From NCBI GenBank assembly GCA_010093705.1, contig MU006114.1:124001-188000 (forward strand): DNA of 64,000 nucleotides, in the 5' to 3' direction. Under the pieces are notes generated by a model. It did not search any database and was not told where the DNA came from. It saw nothing but the letters and a program-made list of their open reading frames with translations. Of this stretch, positions 52,197 through 64,000 are shown piece after piece. Both the position numbers and the translations under genes were made by a program. This DNA is from Patellaria atrata CBS 101060. Its lineage: Eukaryota. The stretch's first letter is position 1. Each line of letters starts with the position of its first letter.

Positions 52197-53909
52197 TGTA
52201 CAAGTATGTGAATTCGGTGTAAGATATGCCTTGGAAAGCGACTGTGAAGAAAGCGAGTCGTCGCTCCTTGAGACCTTTGGGAGTGTGACTCCAGCGACTG
52301 GTTTGTTAATGTTGCGTCAGCGCCAAGGGAGTTGTCGCTCTTGTGCCTGGGCGCGAATGTCGTGTTGTAAGTTGCAAATTCTCCCGGTGAAGACGACGAT
52401 ATTGAGTTGTTCACCAAGTGTATGACTTTCGGACTTCTTTACTGATGGTTCGTATGCGGCTGACGACGGGAGGCGCATGTGGTAACCTAATTCTCCAGAT
52501 ATGGAGGTTGTCTTGCCTGTACTTTCGTCGCAAGGGAGAATTAACCACGTGGGGAACACAGAAGATTCAGGAATAATTGTTAGATCAATGATTGTTCAAC
52601 CCCTTTTCTAAACTGGAATATACAGTATATATGAATAAAAATTCTCTACCGTTTACCGCCGTCCGTCTCTACCGCATCCCAGCTCAATTTCTAGCGGTGA
52701 CGAAAGCCTAAGGTAAGGCTCAAGTCCATGGAGATGATGGTGTAGGATGGTTGATCGCCGTTATTATTGGCTCAGGAACGTTTACCGACGTGGTGCTAGG
52801 TCCTTCACCTTGTGGCTGTGCATCGCTCTTTCCACTTCAAAGGGAACCCTGACGTCCAGTAGAACCTCCTGACCCCCTCAGTCCCCCCCCTTAACCCATG
52901 ACCATACCTCCACACCATCTCCTGCCAACCTTTCGTCCATTTTCTGATCTTCAGGTCCAGTTGCGGGAACCTGCTTTTCCGTAACTTTCGGTTGCTTCGT
53001 CCCCGCAAAGTTACTGCAAGCTAGGTGATCTTGTTATCATCAGGATCTCTCCCTCTAAAGCATGGTTCTCCGTGCTTATAGTATCATGGCTCTTTAGGTA
53101 AGTTCCGCATATGCGCATGGAGCACAACCTCTTCTTGTAAAGTGCTGCAAGGCTGAGTCATCGAGTCAATCAATACTCGGGAAGTGCATCAGCCTTTTCA
53201 TTCATGCGGGTTTTGAGATCCTCACCTCAGTCTCAATTCTGTTTTACCAGGTATCAGGTACTTAATGCTTCCAGAATCTTGCCAACTCGAGAGGAAGCAT
53301 ATAAATCCTATTCAATACCTTACCTCTGAGATACCTAGGGGTCCGGCAGCTTAGCTACGTACCTAGTTAAGCAGGTGCGAGCGGCCTACTAGAGTCTCTA
53401 CAATAGGGATGACATATCCCGTTAGCGGCATCCCGCCTTTCGGCTGAAAATAGCGGGGACGGCGGGGTTTTGACATTCGGTTGAACCATTACGGTAGGTT
53501 GCAGTTACATGACCCTGATTCTAAGGTAATCTTTGGCACCTGCCTATAACATATTTCTATCCCTTAGCAGTTAAAGGATAGCTTGGCCCAGATTGCAGAA
53601 AGAAAAACAACCACCATAGGTACTTGAAACCTTCTTTGATAATCCTTGATTTCTACTATAGAACAAAGTCGTTATCTCTTTATGCAAGTCGATATATGCA
53701 CTAGCCGAATCCAACCAAAAGATCCCTAATAGGCTTTCCACGGTTAACACGCTCAACCATCATTCTGCTGATTCAATACTATAGATAGTCAAAACCCTCG
53801 AACATTGCTGAACTGTTGACGAAGCTTTCTCAGATTGTCTCGAGCATCCCCATCAAGGTTGCTTCTCCGGGTTCAAGATATCAGTAAATCATTCTTAACA
53901 CTGGTAGCT

Positions 53910-55031
53910 ATGGCAATGAAGATAAGCGAGGTACGTCTCAATATCCTCCAAAACTGTGGAGCTCTAACTTAGGCTCTCAGCTTTATACCTATCCCATCAA
54001 GTCATTGCGTGGAACAAGGATCGACTTCACAAAGGCCACAAAGCATGGATTTCCTTATGATAGAAGATTCATGCTCCGGAAGGTGTTGGATCCCGAAGCT
54101 TCAACACCGGAAGCCAAGTACAAGAACATGCATCTCGTATACTTTCCGGAGATGATGCTGTTCAGTACTTACCTTACATTTCCGGTTGACGACGGATCCG
54201 TTCAAGGTCATATCACTGTTACTTACCAGCCACCTGATGGTGAATGTAGAATTCTGGAAATTCCCCTTACACCAGATGAAGACAACCTGGAACATGCTGC
54301 CGATGTTGTCATGCATAAATCTTCAACCAAGGCCTACAACATGGATTCGAAGTTCAATGAATGGTTCTCTTCCTGTTTCGGTTATAACGTTGAATTAATC
54401 TATCTTGGAAAGAATCTTCGGGATGTGCTTATGACGACTTCTGCAAATGCACGTTCGGGTGGCTCGTGGTTATCAGCAATTACCAACAATATCCCGTTTC
54501 TAGGTAGAACTGAGGAGGAGAAGATCACTTTCGCTGACTGCGCATCTTATCTGGTTGTGTCAAAAACCTCTCTGGATGACTTGTCTTCCAGACTCGAAGG
54601 TGATGAGACAGTAGACATGACTAAATTTAGGCCAAATATTGTCGTAGAGGGAGCTAAATCAGCCTGGGAGGAAGATATGTGGGCAGAACTTCGGCTGGGT
54701 GATGTCAAGATTCGATTAGACCAGAACTGTCCGCGGTGTGCTAGTATTAACATTGACTATTCAACTGGAAAGCCGGCGAATGGAGAGTCGGGCGTAGTTC
54801 TGAAAAGGATGCAGAAGGACAGAAGGATTGATGCTGGCTCAAAGTGGAGTCCAGTGTTTGGACGCTATGGGTTTATTCTGCAGCCAGACGATGGAAAAGT
54901 TTTATCTGTTGGAGACGAGGTAACTGTGACGAAAAGGAACACAGAGTATACGAAATTTGGTGAGTGTAACGCTATAAGTAAATGTTTCATAGCTAATGAT
55001 CATAGACTGGCCGGGTTTGGGAGGCAATTAG
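53910..55031 (+). CDS. MOSC-domain (mARC-like) molybdenum cofactor-binding protein
   Basis: MAMKISE/LYTYPIKSLRG (intron 53931-53980), YDRRFML, FADCASYL, KFRPNIVVEG...WEED.W, conserved C.RC and LSVGD. Last intron 54960-55005, then DWPGLGGN*. Confidence 0.9.
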
Positions 55032-55202
55032 TCAGGTAAGTACAACATATCCTACCCGACTATCTAGCGTACACCGAAAGAGCATCTTAAAACAAATTCA
55101 ACTACAGTTATATGTGATTTTATCGCCCAGAACGTATGTGATATGAGGCTATCCGACGTACAACTAAATTAGAAAAACTCCTTCCGGCCCACACTTCTCC
55201 TT

Positions 55203-56000
55203 TCACCCTTCGGAAGTACTTTCTTCTTTGTTGAGTCCGTCCAGTATCTTCAAAGTAAAATCCATCTCTTTGATAAGTGCTTCAACTTGGCTGTAATGTT
55301 TCCCAGCACGACTACATAACTCCATGCACTCTTTATCCGCTTCTTTCAATTTCTTTTGGGTACGTCTCTCATCATCCCCTCGAGTGATACTCGTTGTACT
55401 TCGTCTTCGAGCACTCTGCAATAGCGAAGCATTACATACATCCCTAAACGCATACTTGAGTCTCCTTATCACGGTTTCATATTCTTTCGCAGGCGGAATG
55501 TTTCCCTCATCGCCAATAGAAACATCAGCATCCTCATTGGCTCCACGGATGTAGCCTGGTCCTCCATGATAAGGGAAGAGTTTGTAGATCCATATCGTAT
55601 CGACCATCTTCGGGTCTACGTAGACCTTGATTTTCTGAATATCTTCTTCGAATTCTTGCTTCGCTTCTTCAAGCAGTCGGAGTCCGTCCACCAACACACT
55701 GGTTAGCTTTTTGGCGGCGGTGGCGAAAGGTACGATTACTGCTGTACTCGCCGAGCTATCGCGACGCAGTGGAGACTGCACATGTTTTCCAGGATAATAT
55801 TCGGAGCCGTCATAGACGTTTTCTAATGCTACCCTCCCTTCCAAGGATCTCCTCCCCGACGGGTATGCTTCGGGGTAGTTGTCGGCGTATCCAACACGTT
55901 CTAGCTCATATTCCGAACTGCCATGGTGAGAGCGGTGTGGACTGTTAAGGTGAATACTTCGATGCGTCCTCTTTATCGAGTCTCTTCTGTTGCTAGACAT
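55203..56000 (-). CDS. Hypothetical protein (265 aa): disordered S/R-rich N-terminus and helical C-terminal half
   Basis: Single long ATG-initiated ORF with protein-like composition. No family recognised. Confidence 0.65.
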   Translation of the reverse strand: MSSNRRDSIKRTHRSIHLNSPHRSHHGSSEYELERVGYADNYPEAYPSGRRSLEGRVALENVYDGSEYYPGKHVQSPLRRDSSASTAVIVPFATAAKKLTSVLVDGLRLLEEAKQEFEEDIQKIKVYVDPKMVDTIWIYKLFPYHGGPGYIRGANEDADVSIGDEGNIPPAKEYETVIRRLKYAFRDVCNASLLQSARRRSTTSITRGDDERRTQKKLKEADKECMELCSRAGKHYSQVEALIKEMDFTLKILDGLNKEESTSEG

Positions 56001-57557
56001 AGTGCGGAACTCCTTTGCGTAGAGTGGCCAGCAAAGTCAGGGGATACCGGATTATGGAGTCCTTCAGAAAGGTATCTTTTCATGTTCTTATAACATGTCC
56101 TTCTTCCATGAACACATTGATTTCACCAATAGAACCCGCGCAATGGAACTTGGGCTTGGGGTACAAGGTGGCAAGTACTTATTCCACTGTTTGCTCTGCG
56201 CAAACTCCTGCTGGCCCACAGTGCGGACAGGAATAGTTTAATGGCGTGCTTTAAGAAAAAAAAAAACCCTTACCATCATCGGAGAGCTCTGGATCCGCTG
56301 ATTGTTCATTGCCTCCCAACTCAGCTAAACACTCCAATCCCATTGGACAATCTCAGAAAGCCACGTATTATTACCGTCAACCACATCACTGGAATTGAGT
56401 CCAGTCCGGGCAAAACACTTCGTGGCTGGAGTCTCATAGCTCCACGAAGCACCTCATCGATGTTCCCGTAAGAGTTGCATTTTCCTTACTAGCAGCTCGG
56501 ATCGCTCAAATATAGTAAATGAGATTTCAGAATGTTCAAAAACGGCAATGTATAGATCTCTCCGAGGGATGCAACATCCCGGCCCCTCCATTTCTAAAAA
56601 TGAATGGAGACGTTATCTAGTACAGCTAAGATCGTGGAAACCCCCCAAATGTGGTTCGGGAAATACCCCATACCCGTCGATCAATAACGAATAAGCAACA
56701 AACTAGACGGGAACTACCCCACAATCTACTACCTTACCATAGGTCAATCCCCAGAGTTACCTGTCACACACACCGAGACCTCGTGCCCATATCAAACTCC
56801 CCTCAAATATCGCATCAGCCAATCCCAATCCTCTAACTCACGTCCAACCCGTCCACTCCTATCCTTCGTACAGCAATCACTTCAGCGTCATGCCAAACCT
56901 AGACACTCAGCACTTCACGAGCGTACGCTCTCCACTCCCTCCGTATCCACTTTCTTACCCTTATTCATCTAAGGCTTTCTTTTACGTGATTTTTTTTTGA
57001 ATGGGGGTGTTGGGGGTTTCGGTGGGGTCTAGGAGTAGTTGCGTAGAGGATATGGTCAGGTTTGCGGGAGGAGTTATGTCGAGATGGTATTAAGGGTGCG
57101 AAACTAAGACTTCTAAGGGGAATGGCCGGGACGGGCGTGTAGATGAGGATGGGAAGGGAGGACACAGTATGATGGACGTAAACGATGCGAGAGAGGGGAA
57201 TTGAGCATGACCGGATATCACATTTACATAACACATGTTTGGGACTTGAGAACTTTTATATTGGTTCATTATATAAAATAACGTATGAATGATGGTCGTA
57301 ACGACCGGTAGAACGCCACGCGCCATACGCTCAAAGTACAGGATGAAAAGGTCGTAGGGGTATCGTCAAAGGAGGTGGAAGAAGTGTACAGTAGAACCGT
57401 ATAGTATGATGCCGAGCACAGATGAGCTGAATGCGGAATAGCAGCTCGTAGGTGTTTTACAGCGAAAGGTTGCCCATCATGACAAACCTATACAGCGGCG
57501 AAGGGGTGTTTTACAGCAAACGGCTCCCGTCGGGCCATCGATGTACACAGCCCGCCG

Positions 57558-58146
57558 CTATACGCTAGAACGGTCCTCTTCGGTAGACTTTCTCCCCATG
57601 TTGTTCTTGGGGAAAGTGCTACTGGGAGAAACGTGCTGTGAGGACTCTGGAGTCGTGCTTGGGGATGACTCTGGAGATATGATGTAAAGGTCCTGATACT
57701 CGTTCAGGAGCAACCGTTTCCAGTAGACTACCGAAGGTAGCCCTATCGATGCGAGGGAGTTTTTCGCATTGGGAAACTTTTGGTACGCGCTCTTCTCGGG
57801 CTCGTTGTATAAATCCTCGGTCTTCACTTCGATGCGTGAGTTGCCACGAGGTATTTTCTTGCGAGAGACACGCATTCCAGCCCATTTGGGGTCTAAAGAA
57901 TGACGGTGTTTTAGTATGTGGGGGCCACGATGTGAGTGTCTGTAGAGACGTGGTTTGGAACGTACCTTTGTCTAGTTTCTTGCAGAGCTTTTCCTGGGAC
58001 ATATTGTCCAGACCTCCTCTATATTTGTACACCAATATGTCCCTTTTATCGGTTTCATCGAGGTTGTATTTCTCGCTACTTTTGGACGAAGTTGTGCCAT
58101 CGGTGGAGGTGCTATTCCAGGTAGCCATATTGGGGCGTGTTGCCAT
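57558..58146 (-). CDS. Hypothetical two-exon protein (~170 aa)
   Basis: Intron 57893-57965 (GTACGT...ACTAA...TTTAG) joins ORF 57619-58152 (MATRPNM...KKLDK) in frame to ORF 57558-57875 (DPKWAGMRVSRKK...DRSSV*). Confidence 0.6.
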
Positions 58147-59506
58147 ACGCAATGACGCCGAAGCAGTTTTCTGAGGCTCTTTGGGGAACGTTGCCGCCTT
58201 TTGTGAGTGGGATTGTTCTTTGAAGGGAGGAGAGATTGATAGGAGAACGCTCGCCCTGTGGATGGTTCTTAAGAGTCAGTTATTTGGCTTAGGCAAAGAG
58301 AGTGTTGAAGTCTGGTGATGTTAAGGAGTGGTGGTGGAGAGATCAGATCAAGTTCAAACCCAGCTCAGGACGGACGGCCCAGATAGGCCTTGCCGTGACT
58401 GCGCCATCGTGGCTTAGAATTAGACAAATGAGGTCAGAGGTGAGGTGAGTCGCTGGTTCCGGTAAAACTTCGTAACGTGGCGTCCTAGTGAGTCGCGTTC
58501 AACCTCATCACAAAGGCACGAGCAATCTCAAGGCTCTTCCACGTGTGTCCTATCACTCTGACACAGATACGTAAGGATCAACAAAGACAAAGCGATTGAT
58601 TCGGAATTCGATTTTCAAAGTGCGCCTTCATTTCTGGTTAATCAGCACTCGTTGGTCCCTTCGTTCCATTTCTCGCTCACCCGTATTGTAATCTGTACTT
58701 CTTCAAATATGCTCTTCTCACTACAAAATACTTCTCGAGTGGTAGCAAGGTTATGAATAATGTTTGATTCTCATTTTTAGTCATCCCTGATTCATACTTT
58801 GCTATATGAGTTTTGTGGTAACAAAGACAAAGAACGGGCTATGCGTATTTGTACTACCACTTTACATCTCACCAATCTTTGCCGATCTCTAGTGGATTGA
58901 ATCATGCGTCGTAGCTTAGGTACAGAACAATCTGTAACATTGGGCTTCTCAGCATAAGAAGTATGTATCATCCTTCCAGTCGCGGTTGGTATTTTTCGGC
59001 CCTGGTACGGTGCTGTATACTTGCCGAATAGCGACTGGGAGACTACCAATACTCAGCACTAACTAATCTCTATCAACTGTACTGTACGCTCAAGTTTTAG
59101 GTACAGTTTAGGCGTCATTCGTACGTTTCCACCTCTTCTGTACCGGGAGTCAGAACCAGGTTAAGAGCGAGAGTACAGTAAGTAAGTGCTATACTATTAG
59201 ATTCTGTGTATAGGTGGAGTCCTTTATGCGGTTTTCGGCTCTTCTGGACAGAGGAGGTTGAGACCAGTATGAGGAACGCCACGACAAGGAGATACTCGTG
59301 TCTTTACTGCGATCCTACCAGGAGCAAGTTATTCACGTGTGACTTAGCATCGGATAGGGTAATTGTGTTGGCGTAGTGGACGAGTGTGTTTGTTGCGGTG
59401 GGGCTGGCTTTCTACTCAGTTACTGTACTCAAACCTCGCACCAATACTCGTTACTGCTCTACCATTTTCCTTCTTGATGGAAACCTAATTATCTCCGCTT
59501 CTAACA

Positions 59507-62054
59507 ATGAGAATTGTGAAATACATCCTGTCAGACTCGGGAGAGCCATTCGATATTACAAACACCGCTCTCGTATCGAATTCTGATCCTATAGCATTTC
59601 AGGGTCATCTACAAATAACCGAACGTCGGCCAGCGCTGGATATATTTAAATTTCCTTATAACAAGTCTACGCTGCGGATTTCAACCGTGATGGAGTTGCA
59701 ATCATATGATTACGCTGTTCAGGAGGACAGAACTGTGCCATATTGCGCCTTGTTTCGATCAGAGTATTTGCTCATAAGTCTATAGTACAGTTTGATCCTC
59801 ACAGAATCCGGAAGTCTAGAGCCTCTTACTTCGATGTACCCAGATAAGAGTCTGGTTGCTACACAAGATATTCAAGATCAGTTACGAGAATATCAGGAGG
59901 ACGATGTTTTTAGCCCGAAATTTTTGTAATCCGTTCTCATATTTGCATTTGATGATACTCTTGACAACAGAGTTCTCCTTCTATTGTCGTCATTAGGTTT
60001 TAGAACTGTTTTCTTACTGCATCCAGCGCACAAAATTGCTAAAGGACCCTTTTTTTATTCCCACCACGGGATCTTTTGGGCTTGGAGGCTTATCCCGATA
60101 CTCAAGAAGCATTCGTGTTGAGTACCAGACCATCCCAACAGGATAGGAATATGCAAGTTTTCCTATTTCATGGCGTCGAACATTTCTCAACTGACTATAT
60201 TCAGTTACCAGCCGCTCAATACCGCAGCTTACGGAGCAACGACCTTAAGCATAGCAGTTCCTTCACGGCTGTACTTCATGCCAACTAAGGAGCTTCCATT
60301 AGCCGGTAAGAGAATTGCGGTGAAAGATGTCTTGCTCTTAACAGGTGTTGCGACAACTTGCGGAAATCGGGCTTATGCACGATTGTACAAAGCCTCGTCA
60401 GTTTCTTCTGCCGCCGTCCAGAAAGTACTTGGATTAGATGCCATTGTAATAGGTAAAACGAAAACTGCGGAGTTTGCTGGTAGCCAGGAGGTTATAGGTG
60501 ACTGGACCGATTATTCCTACGCTCTCAACCCTAGGGGTGATGGGTATATTGTGTCCACGGGTAGCAGTACCGGAAGCGCTTCATCTATCGCTTCTTACTC
60601 CTGGTTGGATGGAGCCCTTGGTACTGATGGTATTTTGAAATGACATCTGTTTGGGAAGATGTGCTAATACGACTCTAGCTGGGAGAAGTATAAGAGATCC
60701 GGCAGCAGCTCAGGCAATATTCGCCCTAAGGCCGACTCACGATGGATCTGTAGAAGGCAATACGCCTCCGTTGTGCCCGTAAGTCCTTCTAAAGCTTCTT
60801 TATGAAATATACTTACATCCCTACGGACAATTCCAAGGGTCCGGAGATTTTGAACGTAGTTCGCGGGCCATGTTACACTTTAGCAAATACTGGCTTGCTG
60901 TAGATCAACTAACAGACCAAGGGGTTCAACCATTAGACCTAAACGACTTTTATTGCCTAAGGAATACTTTTCTGATATTGCCTAAGGAATACTTTTCTGA
61001 TAGACTAGATGTTTAAAGAGAAGCTCACGAAATGCTTCTACGATTGTGCAAATGGCTCGGAACAGAGCCCATTTACTCATCAATAGGTTCCGAATGGAAG
61101 ATAACAAGGCCGGGGGGGACGTCTAAATCGTTCTACCACGAGTTTCGAATGGTTTGCGTGGAACTTGAAATATAAAATAATGAAGCACCAGTTCTAACTT
61201 ATCCCAGACCTTTATAAAAATTCTCGCAAGTGGTTATTTCGAAGACACCAATTCATTTAGGAACGATTACCAGGCACAATTCATCAGCGCTCCATATGTA
61301 TGCAAATCTACGCAATGGTTGTGGTAAGTGCTATTATTTCGCACCATATACTCGACTTGTAGAATCTTAGGGAATTCGGAGCAGCGGTTTCAGCAGAGCA
61401 AAGAAAAGCGGCTCTATCACAGGTGCAGATGCACAATACTTGGTTCAAGAAGCACGTTCTGATGGAAGATAAGTTACTATAATGATAGTGCCGGATTATA
61501 ACCTGGAATATCGCGATGAGTATTTGCCGTAAGTTTAACTAAATAAGATGATTACAAATATACTGATACTTTTTTAGTCCACTGGAACATCGAGGTTCCT
61601 TTGGGTTTCATCCAAATTTCCATGCAACATTTGCCGGGCTTCCAAGATACGACGTACCAGCTATATCAACGGTATAATCAACATCTCACTGTAGCGCCCC
61701 TGATAACGTGTCATAAACCACAGTGGGACAATGTCCTTATGAGTCAAGAACATCGAAACAAACAGAGTATTTTCCAGTCTCATTGCAAATTACAAGACCG
61801 TAGGGTAAGTTGCAGTATCCTTCCTATATCGAACTGTAAACCGCATCCCATATCCGTTTAGACTTATTTGCTTTCTACCTTCAGAGTAAGGCAGTATAAG
61901 GGATAGAGTGAACAGATATGCTACGTTTCGAAAATACTAACATACTACAGGACGAGATATCGGACTTCTAGAAATTATGGATTCATTTTTGAGGGAGAAT
62001 AATCTTCAAACATCAGTTCTGACAGGCCCGACGGCGTTTTCAGTGAACAATTAG
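59507..62054 (+). pseudogene. Amidase-signature family pseudogene
   Basis: Motifs IAVPSRLY, PLAGKRIAVKD, GKTKTAEFA, NPRGDG...GSSTGSASSIA...LGTD/AGRSIRDPA, and C-terminal ...VLTGPTAF. Lesions: TAA at 59927-59929, a 1-nt frameshift near 60090, a 25 bp tandem duplication at 60951-61000, and TAA at 61014-61016. Confidence 0.85.
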
Positions 62055-64000
62055 TGATCTTGAATGTATCAAACAAGCTTAGTTCTAAGTTGAGAGGGAA
62101 TATATCGTTCAAATACCCTTTCTCTGCTGCTCGATGCTTCACCGGAATCGAGCGCTTTGCGTAGAACAGGAAAGCAATGTTCCCGTCATTAGAAGTACCT
62201 GCACAGTTGTATCGGAAGCTGCTTATAGGTATACTGGAATGACGGGTTTGCCGCTGCATTAAGTTGATTTTTGCAGCGGTAATCTTTTAATCTCTCCGAT
62301 CAGGAACGAAGACGTACAGCAGTATTTCGAGTCACTAATTCAAAATCAGTGAATTTTCTGCATGGGAATTTCAGAGTTGGCTCTGATACGATTAGCTAAG
62401 CTCCGTGAACATCTTATACTGGTTCAAACTATGTAAGTATTTCCGCATAAATAAAACAAGTTTCAACAGTCCATAGATGACTTAGTGAGAAGTTGAAGTA
62501 CTGCTTCAACAATGTAAAGCTGATGGGAAGGCTTCCGCGCCAGCGGAGGGCAGGGAGGGAGATGTTCGTCGTTAACTCATCAAGAATACTCATGATGAGC
62601 CTGAGCATGTTCCCGTGAGGTCGAAAACAATTCCTAGGTACTAATAAATATCTTTTCATTTGTAAATGTATGAGTACTAACTTTCAGTGCTAGTGTCATG
62701 CTACCCCATATCATTGACTGCTATTGACAGGATTTTCTAGTAACCACGCAAGATTGATCCACTACGTCGACCAACCCATTAAAGCATTTACCATCCCATT
62801 CACTCTGAAAATGTATGCTTGGTGTCGGCCTATGTAAATCGGTACAGTGTCAATTTCCTTGTAAAGATTTTTTTATTAATCACACGGAAGATACAGTCTG
62901 CAAGAGTAGGATCTATAGTAACGTCGTTTTCATCGGTTTTGTAGGGCTCCTATTAGCAATTGCACAGATGTTTCTACCAGCTCTCCAGGTATACTATACC
63001 GCCCGCCAATAGTTAGACAATTTGATTGTCTTTCAAATACACGTATCTGCATGATGATTGATTATTATAGGAGCATGACCATAGGATCTCATAAGTAGCG
63101 TTCCTAATGGCAGATAAAGGAAAGGATCTTTTCTCTTGCAGTAAAGAGGCCATCTATTCTTTCTACTCACTCGGTGTCTAAATGAACAATATCATCTCCT
63201 TTATCTAGGCTGGTAACCATCTACCACTGCACGCTTGTTGAACTGTTACGGACATGCTCTTGAGTCCGAGTATCAAAATGGTTCGATCGTCGATACGGTC
63301 AACTCCTATGTACGCTTAGGAGCACTCCGTACGTCATGGGGTCCTCTATAGAGTAGAGTCGGAAAAGCTTTGGAGAGTAGGTGTACAGCACGTTAATCAA
63401 CACCGATATGCTCCTTTTATGATTGAGAGTTGCCAGAATATTCTCTTCTATTCCATATGGAAAGACCGGAGACACTTTCAGGAGTCGCCGTAAATTACCA
63501 AATCTGTATATTTTGAAGCTTCCGCTCCTCTTCAGTATACCTCGTGCATTTTTATCTTTGCCGTTCTGGGGAGACGGAGATAACTTCGGGGGCGAGACGC
63601 AAAGAGTGGGATGAACGCCATCATCGGAAAAGGGATACTGATCAAGGCCCACAATTAAGTAGGGCTGAAGGTAGATATAAGTACTTGTGGGACCGGCATT
63701 TTCAGATGCGTTTGGTGATGAGGCATATATCAGGGGGAATGATCCGAGCGAAATGGGGAATATTAAACCACAACAGATACAAATCTGCAAGGCGGAAGGA
63801 AAAGCTAAAATGAATGATAACCTCTGATAGAAGGTGCAAGATCATTTCTCAGGTTCTACCTAGGCTGCAACATAGTAATCAAGTTTGCTCTTCTGGATTC
63901 ATAAAGCTCCAGAAAACCAGCTAATTCACTTGATTGAACCCACGCCATTCCCACCTTGTACCCCATTTACCTTTTCCAGGACTATGGGCTGTTCCACCCA

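Overview
A gene-dense stretch of filamentous ascomycete (Pezizomycotina) genome. Short GT-AG introns with CTRAY branch sites split most ORF-track entries, so gene models were rebuilt by hand from splice signals. About 19 protein-coding genes are present: PPM1-like methyltransferase (5'-partial), Ssr4, a secreted tyrosinase, UTP18, TPS2, a non-canonical poly(A) polymerase-like nucleotidyltransferase, a ccg-6-like GPI cell-wall protein, NAD-glutamate dehydrogenase, a small basic K/A/T-rich protein, VPS62, a TFIIIC triple-barrel subunit, an APC amino-acid permease, VID27, a hybrid histidine kinase, a small Myb-like protein, a patatin-like protein, a MOSC protein and two orphans. An amidase pseudogene lies near the right end. 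No rRNA, tRNA, CRISPR or intact transposon was seen. The main unexplained signals are: (1) a 4-copy degenerate ~200-240 bp tandem array upstream of UTP18; (2) a double-length VID27 intron with an internal AG|GT junction; (3) recurring C-rich to G-rich skew switches that override codon usage; (4) two apparent pseudo-enzymes; (5) a foldback/MITE-like element at about 47.5-47.9 kb. All family calls come from remembered motifs, not from database searches.
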